Shown piece after piece: positions 14,065 to 26,137 of a stretch of 64,000 nt of DNA. The notes below the pieces were generated by a model. That model was not told the origin of the DNA, made no database searches, and saw only the letters and a program-made list of their open reading frames with translations. The stretch covers positions 4,838,001 to 4,902,000 of the forward strand of contig NC_087245.1 of the NCBI RefSeq assembly GCF_037042905.1, given 5' to 3'. The number at the start of each line of letters is the position of its first letter. Position 1 is the first letter of the stretch. Source of the stretch: Lytechinus pictus (lineage: Eukaryota). The position numbers and the translations under genes were made by a program.

Positions 14065-15115
14065 AACAAGTGGAACGCCTCTGGCAGTCTCGCCTGCATT
14101 ACACGATTCGATATAGCAGCAATGCTGACTTTGAAAACAGCTAAATAATAATTATTCACAAAAGAAAATACTAATAAGATAACAAAATACTAAGTCCATT
14201 GACTCAACATGACCTTTGACCATGATCATGTGACCTAAGACATGTGCAAAACATACTTGATTACCCTTATGTCTATGTTTCATGAACTACATGTGTAGAT
14301 CCATAAACTTTAAAAGTTATGCCAATTCAACAAATACCCCCAACATGGCCAAAGTTCATTGACCTTAAATTACCTTTGATCTTGGTCACGTGACCTGAAG
14401 GGCGCACAGGATATTCAGGGATACATGGTTACTCTTATGTCAAAGTTTCATGAACTAGATCCATAAAATTTTAAAGTTATGATGACAATTCCAAAAATAC
14501 CCCAACATTATCAAAGTTCGTTGACCCTAAATGACCTTTGACCTTGATTGTGTGACCTGAAACTTGCACAGGATGTTCAGGGATACTTAATTGCTCTCAT
14601 GTCTAAGTTTCATGAACTAGATCCATAAACTTTTAAAATTAAGATGACAATTCCACAAATACCCCCAAAATGGTCAAAGTTCATTGACCCTAAGTGACCT
14701 TTGACCTTGGTCATGTGACCTGAAACTCAGGCAAGATGTTCAGTGAGACACTATTACCCTTATGTATAAATTTCATGAACTAGGTCCATATACTTTCCAA
14801 GTTATGACAACATTTCAAAAACTTAACCTTGGTTAAGATTTCGATATTGATTCCCCCAACATGGTCAAAGTTCCTATACCCTAAATGACCTTTGACCTTG
14901 GTCATGTGACCTCAAACTAAGGCAGGATGTTCAGTAATACTTGATTACCCTTCTGTCTAAGTTTCATGATCTAGGTCCATATACTTTCTAAGTTATGATG
15001 ACATTTCAAAAACTTAACCTTGGTTAAGATTTCAATGTTGACAACGCCACCGTTGCCGCCGTCGTCGGAAAAGCGGCGCCTATAGTCTCGCTCTGCTATG
15101 CAGGCGAGACAAAAA
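14065..15115 (-). mobile_element. Helentron-associated non-autonomous element (HINE/DINE-1-like) with internal tandem repeats
   Basis: Subterminal inverted repeats GTCTCGCCTGCAT (14087) / ATGCAGGCGAGAC (15098). Terminal hairpin GTCTCGC...GCGAGAC. A/T-run insertion site with no TSD. ~160-bp internal units containing TGACCTTTGACC. Confidence 0.75.
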
Positions 15116-15246
15116 CTAGAGTGAGAAAATTATAATAACCATGACAGTAAATGACATAGATAGTAAATAAAACCCTCAAAAAAATTCTTGAGGATGTCTG
15201 CACAAAGATATTTGAAATTTTGATAAATTGCTGTAGATATACTCAC

Positions 15247-15437
15247 GTGATGATGAACCTTGGCTGTAACTAAGTGATGTTTTACGAATGATTCCCATGC
15301 GTTGTTGTCTGGCTGCATCGCAGGTTTGGTTAGGGTGCCATATCTGCTTGCAGTGATAGCAGAAACTTGTTCCGCATCCCTGGCGCTGGCAGGACAACTG
15401 AGGGCAATTGGCACAACCAGTGGCTATTACAGCAAAT
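15247..15437 (-). CDS. RNF19A: RNF19-like coding exon 2 (IBR domain)
   Basis: Acceptor TATAG| at 15438, donor C|GTGAGT at 15246. 191 nt, phase-compatible with both neighbours. Encodes [46 protein letters not shown]...SYSQGSS. Confidence 0.95.
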
Positions 15438-16131
15438 CTATAATCAATCATTAAAAAATAAATAAACAAAAGTAAGTGTACATGTATATACAATGTACCA
15501 CAGATAGTACAATGTACTTCTACAACAAAGACATACTGTATGATAAAGTAGAGACTGAAAAGTGATTCTATAAAAATACAACAGACTACTGAACATGGAG
15601 TTTTTATTCCATCTGTATCTTATTTAGTGATTGAAAATGATATTCAAAGCATACATGAAGGCCTACTTGGTATCATTCAGAAGAGAGAAAATAGAAAAAG
15701 GAGAGAAGCAACATCTATTTAGAGGAATAGAGACAACAAAAGATATAGAGTGTAGAAAGAAATATCACTGAGACAGGGAGAGTGTCCTTCACCAGGATGA
15801 ATGCGTATAGAAAAATAGGAATAGACCTTTGAAGCAGGAGATAAAAAAAAGGAAAAAGACAGGGACAGCGAGAGAGAAAGAACTGAGTACATGTTGTATG
15901 TATAAAGAAAGTGTTGGTGGAGGGTGGATAATATGTAGGAGACTAGGTCTTGGCTGGTCGTTATTGTGCCCAATAAAGCAATGTAAAACATTCCTGCATG
16001 GGAAATGAACTTTTTAAATCCCTCTGAAATGCCATTCCAATTGCTCACATGCTCTGAAATAAATTGCATGTAATGTTGCTCTCATTTATTTGTATCATAC
16101 TTTAGAGTCTGTTATTGAGAAAATCACTCAC

Positions 16132-16688
16132 CCACAGTCTGGCGCCGGGCACCATCGACAATCTGGGTCCATCATGAGTAGTCTCCGTAATGTGAACTCC
16201 TCATATTTATTCATAAGAGCACTGTCTTGCAACACGAGTTTAATGTCATTCGGATGAAGAGGCTCTGCGCATTCAGGACATGCAATGTTCACTCGACTCT
16301 CTGTGATTTCAATCTTCAGGTACTGACGTAAGCACTCCCGACATGAGCGGTGGTCGCAAGTGATGATCTCTGGAAACTGTTCCTTTGGTCGTTCCATTAG
16401 GCACAGAGGGCACTCCATTGTGCCGGGCCCCTTCTTATTGGTGCTGTTGATGTAGGCTGCAGCACTTCGTGACCGTCCGACCTGTCGTGTGCTTCGTGGA
16501 GTGCCAAGCCCGCTATGATCCGAGTCGGTACTGCTCTTGCGCGGTTTGGATCGCCCTGACCAGAAGCGAAAGAACCCACCTCCTTGCTTTCTGTGCTTGG
16601 AGACAGTGGAATCTATGCTGTTGGCCTGTGAGCCTCCAGACTGTACTGATCGGGTGTCCATGTCCGTAGATTTCATTGTGAGTTGCAT
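16132..16688 (-). CDS. RNF19A: RNF19A/B-like RBR E3 ubiquitin ligase, first coding exon (N-terminus, RING1, start of IBR)
   Basis: Translation contains ECPLCL...[30 protein letters not shown]...[26 protein letters not shown], typical of RNF19. An in-frame TGA lies two codons upstream of the ATG at 16688. Donor GG|GTGAGT at 16132/16131, phase 2. Confidence 0.93.
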
Positions 16689-17237
16689 GAGTCAAACTCA
16701 ATTAAGAGTGAAACTTTAAAATAATCAGAAACTTTTAATCTAGCTTACATACACAAGAACGCCCAAATATCATTCCTTTCCAAAATGAAAACTGAATTTT
16801 TCCAAAAGAACTCCTTCCTCACCACCTTCACTCTGTCACCTGATCAATGTGATGTCACATGATCATCTCCTATGATGCTTCTACCATCCCCATTCAAACT
16901 CAAATACATGGTCATCTCCAAAATAAAAGAATTTTGTAATGGTAGCCGAGATCACATCCCAATAGCTTTCTCCTCCCGTTTTCCTCTCTTTTTTTACCTT
17001 GAAGGAATAGAAATGATGGGGGATACTCTAAGTCTTGGTGATCACTGATAGATGACTATGATAAGAGCAGAAAGGTACTCCAACCTCTAGTGGGAGATGA
17101 AACAATGCAAGACAAAATTCAGGTGTTTCCAATGGCTTTAGAGCAAGATGACTATCTATTGAGATGAATCGGTCTCTTCTTGTTTATCCACAGGATAGGG
17201 TACGAATGTCCAGCTCCTGCCCTTCTTCTTAAGTGCC
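16689..17237 (-). other. Probable 5' UTR portion of the first coding exon of the RNF19-like gene
   Basis: Strong polypyrimidine tract plus CAG acceptor (CTTTTCTTCATCTTTTTCATTTGTGCAG|) at 17238-17265 on the minus strand. Confidence 0.5.
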
Positions 17238-18235
17238 CTGCACAAATGAAAAAGATGAAGAAAAGATAGTAGTCAAATGTTAAGTATAGTAGGCAAAGTC
17301 ATGTAAAGTTCATTTAAAAAACATGATACATTTGTTTTTTATTTATGAAAAATATAGGGTGCCAGAAGAAAAGAACTCTAAAAGATAAGGGATAGGCATT
17401 CACAGGGAACACATACATGCTCACATGCATGGTCTGAATCAGAATGATACCATTAATGGGATAGCAGGTGCAAAGATTAATTGCATTTATAGTTGGCCAT
17501 AAGCTGTTTTGGATGCGATCGCAATGCAGGTGTTTTGCCATATTTCAAATTATTGCTTGTAATGATTTTGTCCCTTATGCTTCCATAACTTAGATTTGAG
17601 AAATAACAGGTCCTTCCAGACTGCTCGAGCCCTAACATCTCCTTCAATGTACATACATGTACATCTAGAGGTCTTAAAAAAAACACAAACAAATCAGGAT
17701 AGGCCTAAAGCATATCTTGTCATAAAGTCAGAGCAATATCTTTCCCGCAGAAATCATGCAAGCACCTTTTAATTACCAATCATTACATATCATCATAGAA
17801 AAAATATAAGGGATACATCTACATGTACATGTACAAGGAAAAGATGCCATGCAGACTTTTAACAAGTCGTCTAAATACATACAGATGCACAGTATATTGT
17901 TGTAGATTCTCATAAACCTTCATTCTAGGCACAATTCTAGTTAATTTTTCATTGTGGCTAGAGCAATGATGATAATATTGGGAAAATGACAATGATGTCA
18001 TAATCATTATATCACTTACGATTGAATCAAGTATGTTTTGAAAAGTTTTGAGATGCTTTCACTGTACTTTGTTGAAAAAGAATGTACCTGTACATTGTAT
18101 TTATTGATGCCATTCAATCATTAAGTCAAAATTATATTCACTGTACTTGTTGTTGTTGTTTTATTTGTGTTGATATCAAATTATAAATTGACCCATTCAG
18201 CCCTGCTGCAGGTCAATATATGTGCATATACCAAT

Positions 18236-21156
18236 GGGCATTTTCACCACAGATGGACACAGAGGCAAAAAAATAAAGTTGATATTCATGTCAAATGCTT
18301 TATGTTTTTTAATAAAACAAGACCTGAAGTTTCTGAGACAAAATTTTTTTCCGACTCTGGCAGCCATTTTTTATTTCAAAATGGCTGCCAAAGTATGGAT
18401 ACAAATTAGTGTTGAAAATAGTATATTGATACATATTTTGTTTTGACAGATTTTTAAAGAACAGGTTTGATCATGATGTTTTCGCCTTTGATTTAGCTTG
18501 CTATTATAACACTTTTTAAAATCCCACAGAAAGAAACACCAGTAATTCATTCATCTGATAAAAAAACATTGATGAAGTATGTGATATGGTATGTAATGTC
18601 AGTTACCGAAAACATGAACTTTTTTTTCTAATTTCCTGGAAAAGAGGATATATTATATGAAACTTGGTAGATTTCCTCTCTAGGTAACACCCCTCCCTTC
18701 TACACCAAAATTAAAGATTACCAATTAACAATGAAGCAATAGGGTACCATTAAATATATGTAATGTCAGTTACCAAGTGGAAAATGTAATGTCAGTTACC
18801 GAGATGTAATGTCAGTTACCATGATAAAACGTTGGTTACCAATATTGAAATGCAAATATGTGGTCAATTTTATGGTGAAGAAATATTGTATACTTGTTAT
18901 TTAACCCTAAGAAGACTGGAGGGGGGGGCTGATTCGGCCCCCCCCTCGACATTTTTCGCGATAAATCCAATGCTTGAATGTTTTTGACCGCGTCGCTAGC
19001 TGACTTTTTACCTTCAAGTCTCGAGCAACTTTTGAGACCAAAATTGTGACCCCCGGGTACACGGTTCCGAAATTACGCAACATTTTGTAAGTGCATGCAG
19101 ACCCAAAATTACTCAAAAACGTGAATTTGTGTACAAATCCAATGCAAATAGTGTTTTCAGCCAAAATTCATAAAATGTATCATTATTTTTCCTTTTACCG
19201 CTAAAATTAATTAATTTTATCTTGTATAGGGCCAAAATAAAGTCCCTGACAATTTCCATTGAAAAAACAATAAAAAAAAAAAAGTCCAAAAAACAAAGAA
19301 ATACATAAGAAATTTAGAAAACAATAGAATACATAAGAAAATAAATAAATAAATTTGATCAGATGCCTATCTAGAGTATGTGGAACAAAAATTAGCATTT
19401 TAGGGTCATTATTTTATTAATTAGATCAAACATGATTTTACGCATAAATTAGCATAATTAATCAGCAATGAGATTTTCTGCAGAATTTGATTTAATAGTT
19501 TTGTAGATAATGCCATGGGTAATGCGCGTGCCAATTTTCGTTGCGATCGCGCGATCGACGGCCGAGATCATAAAGGGGGGCTGAATCAGTTGAATTCCCA
19601 TCGTGCAAAAAAAAATTACTATGAAATTGTTTTGTACATGCACTTTACCAAGTACCTAATTGTTTGTATCAGACAATTTTTTGTTTGGTTTTCGGGGGGG
19701 GGGGGTAGGGGGTACTTTTCCCAACCTATTGCCTAAATCTGCAACATTTTTTAAGCTTAACATTGTGATGAAGGGGATTTCCAGGGTCCCTTTTTTAGTT
19801 TCTAGGATTCTTTTGAGCATTGCCTCGCTAAAAGTAAATTCCTGGATTTTATACCTGTTAGTAGTGTGGATGTGTGATACAATTTTGTTTTTGGTTTACA
19901 AGTATAGATGAAAAGTGAAATTTGACAGTTCTGATCAATGTTGCATGGATCTACTAAAACTGTGGTGTTTTTTTCTAATTTACAAATAGTTCAGTTTCAG
20001 TTTAGAAGCTGGAGTTTATTCTTTGTTGACAGCTTATAAAAGAAATTAGCAAAGAAAATGATTAAACAAATTATGAAGAGAATTGAAATCCAACAGATAT
20101 AAACAAGCATTGCTTGCACTGACCAGAATAGAAATCACTAAAACTACATGGCTGCATGAGATTTGGGGGAGGGGTACATGTAGCCTAGGGGAGGAGACCC
20201 TTATTCATTTTGCCTTTTTTGAGGGGAGGGGGAGGTTGGAGAAGGAAAAGGTTTAAAAAGTCAATATAAAACTGATGAATATATTATGGGTGTATAGTCA
20301 GAAAAATCCATGTGTACAGTCAATGCAATATTAAATTACTATAGGAAAACATGTAGCTGCTATGACCCACCCCCCCCCCCCCCGCGGGTAAGTAAAACAT
20401 ACATTTCTTATCTTTTGATAATTAAAAATGTGAAGTATTATGAAACTCTTATGATTTTAAAAAGCCTTACATATAAGTACCAAGAAAATTATGCCTTTGA
20501 AAATCATATAGCACTGGATACTGTTAATGTGTATTGTCAGTTACCGACAAGTAATGATAAAAATTTTCAAATAAAAAAAAGGAATTAAGAAAAAGAAAAA
20601 GTTTTTTCATTGAAATGTTTCTAAAAACTCAGGCATACTTCCACATCAAGCTCACTTTCATGTGAAGCCCTGCACAGAAGATACAATGCAATGATTCCAC
20701 ACATTTGACTTCCATGTGTTATCTCTATGGCAAATTAAGTGTAATGTCAGTTACCGTAATGTCAGTTACCAGCATGGTTGTGGAAAAATTATCATAGTCC
20801 CCAAAAGACAAAAACGAATTGTTTAATATTTTGACACATCTTAACCTAGTAACGGAGGTATATTTACATATTCAAATTATTTCTCTATCTACTCAGGGAC
20901 ATGAGGTATTTCAATTTTAATGAACACCCTGAAATTGCATGTCCTTTTGCGTAATGTCAGTTACCGACACATTTTTGCTTGCTGATGCGTGAAAAAATGT
21001 GGTTACATAGGAAAACTTAGTATCAGAGTATACAGCAAGGTTCACTTTATTAACTCTATCAAAAGCAAGCTCCCATCATTTGTTGTTTTAGAGATACACA
21101 CAATGGAAGGTGTGAAAACATTGTGCCGTGTAATGTCAGTTACCGTGAAAATGCCC
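18236..21156. mobile_element. Sola2-like non-autonomous transposon
   Basis: TIR GGGCATTTTCAC / GTGAAAATGCCC, TSD CAAT (18232-18235 and 21157-21160). At least eight copies of GTAATGTCAGTTACC. Confidence 0.8.
18905..19589. mobile_element. piggyBac-like MITE nested in the Sola2-like element, right end lost
   Basis: Starts TTAA+CCCT. The motif GGGGGGCTGATTCGGCCCCCCC recurs as GGGGGGCTGAATCAG near 19575. No closing AGGG-TTAA. Confidence 0.55.
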
Positions 21157-21389
21157 CAATGAATAAAAAATAAATAATATCATGGTAAATTGTATGTTTA
21201 CCCTTTATCACATATTTGTTGAAATCATTTTTTGAACAAAAATCCAAGCCTACATTGTACTATGTAGGCCTGCCTGTCCATTGTGTACATACATGTTCAT
21301 GTATTGTGTACGGGACTACGGGTATGTCTGTACTTTTTTCACTATGCACTGTACATAGAGGTTGTCTAAGGCAAAATGTGAGGCAATTA

Positions 21390-21940
21390 CCCGGGGGGGC
21401 CAGTTCCATTCACGAGTGGATACCATGCGCGACCATGGGGTCTCGAAAAGCACCCTAAACACGTAATTTCCATATTCTGAAAATGCACCCCTTAACAAGT
21501 TTTGGCGTGTGAAACCCTACCCTTAACAAGTATTGGAAACAAAACGATACTCTTGGCAAATATTCCCTGAAATGAACCCCTAAACAAGTACAGGAATGTT
21601 TTATTGTTACGGGTCCTTCGGTCGTCGGCTTTACCTAATTTGGTTTAGTACGACCCCATCTTCTACACCTCGCACAAATTGGACTCTAAACACGAAGTGT
21701 TGGGGCAAAAAGGACATCCTTTATAAAACATTTTAATTTTAATTTATCATCCCCGCAAATTCGACCCTAAACACGTAATTGTCCTAGCGAAATAGATACC
21801 CTTTTTTCATTATTTTTGTGTTTTTGACACCCTTATCACGTTACGTACGTAACGTGCCCTATCGTGAAAAAGACATCCTTTTTACGTGTTTTTTTGGTCG
21901 CGCATGGTATCCACTCGTCAATGTAAGTGGCCCCCCCGGG
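21390..21940. mobile_element. MITE family A (CCCGGG termini, 8-bp TSD), copy 1
   Basis: ~45-bp TIR CCCGGGGGGGCCAGTTCCATTCACGAGTGGATACCATGCGCGACC. TSD GGCAATTA on both sides. Confidence 0.9.
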
Positions 21941-23400
21941 GGCAATTATTAAAAATAAATCTACATGTTCATGAACATGGGCTCAGGTGTTAATCACTAA
22001 ACCTGTTAAATATTCTTTGAAGGTAATGCAAGCTATTGAAGGAAATTAAGTAATTTCACACCCCCAAATTACGAAACAAGGTCATGTCACATTAGCTGTA
22101 CATATATAATGTACATGTGCACCTTCTACTACGCGTGGCCATGGGAGGGGGGGGGGCATGGTTACTCAAATTTTATTTTGATGAAATGGGGGTCTAAGGA
22201 ACTGACTACAAGGTGTAAGATATATGGGGCTTGGGAACTAGGGTTATAAAACACAGGAAACTGCACAATAATTTTATGTGCCATGTAAAGAGAGCATGCT
22301 TAATTCAAAAATAAATTTAAAGAAAATAAAGAGAAGGAATGTTTAAAAAGTGATATCGGTTACAAAATGAAAATGTTGATTTGAAGTTCTGTATACAGAT
22401 TTAGTAGCAAAACTCTCCATATTTTTTTTTTTAAAGTGCATATTTCCACCATTGTCTCAAGCACACTATACGATCAGACTACGCTTTTTTCCTTTTTTAA
22501 AAGTTAAATATGAAAGTTGAAAGAAGTATAATTGTTTTATTTGAAATTTGGCATGATGTGATCAGAACTCTGGCATTACTGCAACAATTGTAGTTCAAGT
22601 AAAGTCCATATCGCCTTCAAGTCGCAGCTGATGATGATGTCATTGTGATTTGGAATTGTTATTGCTTTTATTCCTACAGGGAGGTTCAAAATTGCCTAGG
22701 ATTTCAATTTTAGAATTCATACCATAATTCAGAACTTTGCACTTAGAGAATTTTTAGGTAGAAATGTAATATCAAATGCTAATGCACTTTCTTTGAAAAT
22801 CGGCTCGCAATTAATTGAGGGCTTTAAAGCGCCAGGCTTTAAAGCCCACGCACACTGTGCCATCCATAATTACGATGCATTTTCAAAATAAATCACATTT
22901 TGCATTAAATATGAAAGTTCCAAGAAGTAAAACTTTTTCATTTGAAGTTTGGCCTAATGTTAGAATTAATAACATCATAATTTTACTTTGCAGCAAGCCC
23001 TGTGGTACTGGTAGGAGTAATGTCCAGATCATTTTCAATCACAGCCAATGATGACGTCATTACAATTTGGAACTGAATTTGCTTTTATTTCTACAAGGAG
23101 GCTCGAACTTGACTGAATTTCAGTTTATAGTCCTATCACTATTCTGAACTCTGATCGCTAAGATTTTATTGGTTGGAACGTTATATCAAAAGTTATTACA
23201 ATTTCAATGAAATTTGAATCGCAATGAATCAGTGTGTGCTGGGCTTTAGGTGCAACGTGTCTCCTTCGAGCTCAAGATCTAACTAGACAGCATTTTGAGA
23301 GATTTTGTGTACAGGTTGAATAGGTAGCGCAATAGAGATTGCAATAGATCATGCCATCTCGGTAATAAGAACAAGGTGATACTGATAGATGCACAATAAT

Positions 23401-23985
23401 CCTGGAGAGGCCACTTCCATTGACGAGTGGATACCATGGGGTCTCGAAAAGCACCCTAAACACGTATTTTCCATATTCTGAAAATGCACCCCTTAACAAG
23501 TACTGGCGTGTGAAACCCTTCCCTTAACAAGTATTTGAAACAAAACGATACTATTGGCAATTAGTATTCCCTGAATTGAACCCCTAAACAAGTACAGCGA
23601 CATTTCAATTGTTATATGTCACGGACGTCGGTCGTCGGTTTTACCTTTACCTACATGCATGTACATCATTGGGTTTAGTACATGTACAGCCCCAATGTGC
23701 ACCTCCCACACCTCGCGCAAATCGTATTCTAAACACGTAGTGTTGACTCTTAGGGCAAACAAAATAGTCTTAATTTGTTATACCCTCCGAAATTTGACCC
23801 TAAACATGTCCATGTAGCCTTCCTAGCAAAAAAAAGATACACTTTTATCATTATTTTAGTGTTTTTGACACCCTTATTACGTTGAGTACGTATCGTGCCC
23901 TATCTTGAAAAAGACATCCTTTTTACGTGTTTTTTTTGTCGCGCATGGTATCCATTCGTCAATGTAAGTGCCCCCCCCCCCCGGG
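23401..23985. mobile_element. MITE family A, copy 2
   Basis: Colinear with copy 1. TSD ACAATAAT on both sides. Confidence 0.88.
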
Positions 23986-25972
23986 ACAATAATGCTGAGC
24001 CTGATACTGAGAGCAAGATGAGCAGGGAATAATTTTGCTTTACAAATTTGAATAGCATTTTTGGTCAAAAGAGAAAAGCTCTCAACTATTAAGTAATGTA
24101 GTAAATGTACAGTAAAAATGTGTAAAAATATGCTATACAAAAAACTTTATGCATAGCAGTCTTTCAAAAATGTGGAGCAAATTGCAATGCGATACCAGGA
24201 AAATTATTCCCTGATGAGGGCAAATGTCCTCAAGGTCAAGGTGCTTTTAATATGACAGACCTCTACATGTATGATGACATGTATGTAGGCCTATATACAT
24301 GTTTACAATACAATATAAACAGGGAAACTTATCAACCAACCTATTATAGGCTACACAAATGAAAACTTTAATCAGTAATACTCCCACTCATGAAAAACAC
24401 ATTTACTTTCTACATTTACATATTGTAGGCCCAATTCATTAAAAAGATTTTAGGCCTAGTTCAAATGTTTGATACAGTGCATGAAGGCTACACTGTATGC
24501 CAATGTTAAGATTGTTTTTCATTGTAAATGTATGCAATGTTCATGTACATGTATGACCTTGAGAGGTTATGCTGGTAATTTTTATATGGTCTGTTTGCCA
24601 ATTTACATGTAAATCCAGCCAACCAGAAATCAAAGATAATTTAAGCATACATTGTTTTAAACTGAGTAAAAGCAAACAAACAGAAATTTGAATTAAATAA
24701 TATATCCTGAATGTATACAGAGTTTTCTTTTTTATGTGTTTGTTTAATGACATGACATGCACATTTAGGTGGTTATGCCAAGTTTTTCCCAAGGCTTTGG
24801 TCACATTTAAACGGGGACGAGCCAACAATATAATAACACAGGTATGTGTTTTCATGCGAAGATATATATTGGAAAAGATGTTGTGTTCTCTCCCCATTTT
24901 ATGAAGAAATTAAAGAACAAAGTAAAATATCATGAGGTTTTGTGTAGTATTTCTAAACATGTATCCCCTCTGCTATCCCATTATCTAAAATTGAAAAAAA
25001 AAATACTGCTGTTTATTTTTTTCTATCCTCACAAGAGGGACTTTATTTATTCATAAAATAGTAATTATTGAAATCCTATAAGAAACAATCACACAAAAAA
25101 TAAATAATCATGGATTAAGTCTTCAGTACACCGAGAAAAATTGGATACACACAAAATATGGCTTTATTCGATAAAAAATAATGAGCTCATTCTCAATGCA
25201 TGCCATTTTATAATGGCATTGGTTTTAATAATTTTAAGTTAAAAAAAAAAGCATGATTGTCTTTATCTTACTGACTTTTTAAGGCAAAACTACAGTGTAT
25301 AAAAAACTATTCTACCAATTGCGGATTTCCTGAATGCATGGTGCGTCTGAACAGAGTCTCAAGTGAAAAGACCAGGGTTAATTTGGCATTTGAGAGAATT
25401 TTTTTAGTTTATGGGAGAGTGGGTCAGTGGCATAATGAGCCAAGGATTTTTAGGGGGCCAAACATGGCATATGGAGTAATAAAAAAAATCAGAGCTGCAA
25501 GCAAGTGAGGCAACTGAGCAAAAATTGAACATAGAATTTCCTTTCCTTTATTTTTCTCAGCTTTGGTTTTATGAGACTACTGTACATGTAGGTACTTCGT
25601 ATTTGTAAGGACTAGATAAATAATGCAAGTGAAAATGAAAACGAAATATAATAAATCAAAATAAATTGTTTTGTAATGACACTAAGCCAATACCTAACCT
25701 CGGTAACATTTCCACTATGGTGGCCGTACAGCGAGCAGTTTTAACATTTCTTATACCAGCTACATACTGGTGGTTTAAATAAAGATTAATAAAATGGCTG
25801 TTTTTGACTTGCTGTATGGCTGCCACAGGGGAAATGTGACTGAGGTATAAGCCATTCCTACTTTTTGTTATCACTGGTCTGCTATTTATCAAAAGGATTC
25901 TGGATAACGGTGTACTGCTGTAATATTCCCTACGATGATGGGTTGAACACACTAAAGACAAGTATCACTTAC

Positions 25973-26137
25973 CTGGGGTGTGACATAATCCAAATGTTAT
26001 GAAATCCTAAAGTTAAAGTAGATCCATGGTATGATTCTGAAATTACAGTCTACACAAACTATTCACAATGATTACACCACTTCATCCAATACAATCAATG
26101 ACAACGCTCCAAAAAGCAAAGAGAAATCAACAATAAC
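25973..26137 (-). other. Candidate non-coding 5' UTR exon of the RNF19-like gene
   Basis: Consensus donor CAG|GTAAGT at 25973/25972. Possible acceptors at 26138 (TATGCAG) or 26569 (TCTTTTCAG). Splice signals only. Confidence 0.3.

Noticed and set aside
16397..16719. Short ORFs overlapping RNF19 exon 1 in other frames or strands
   Set aside because: Shadow ORFs of a GC-richer coding exon.
18590..21145. Interspaced GTAATGTCAGTTACC repeats as a CRISPR array
   Set aside because: Only 15 bp long, irregularly spaced, and enclosed by TIRs with a TSD.
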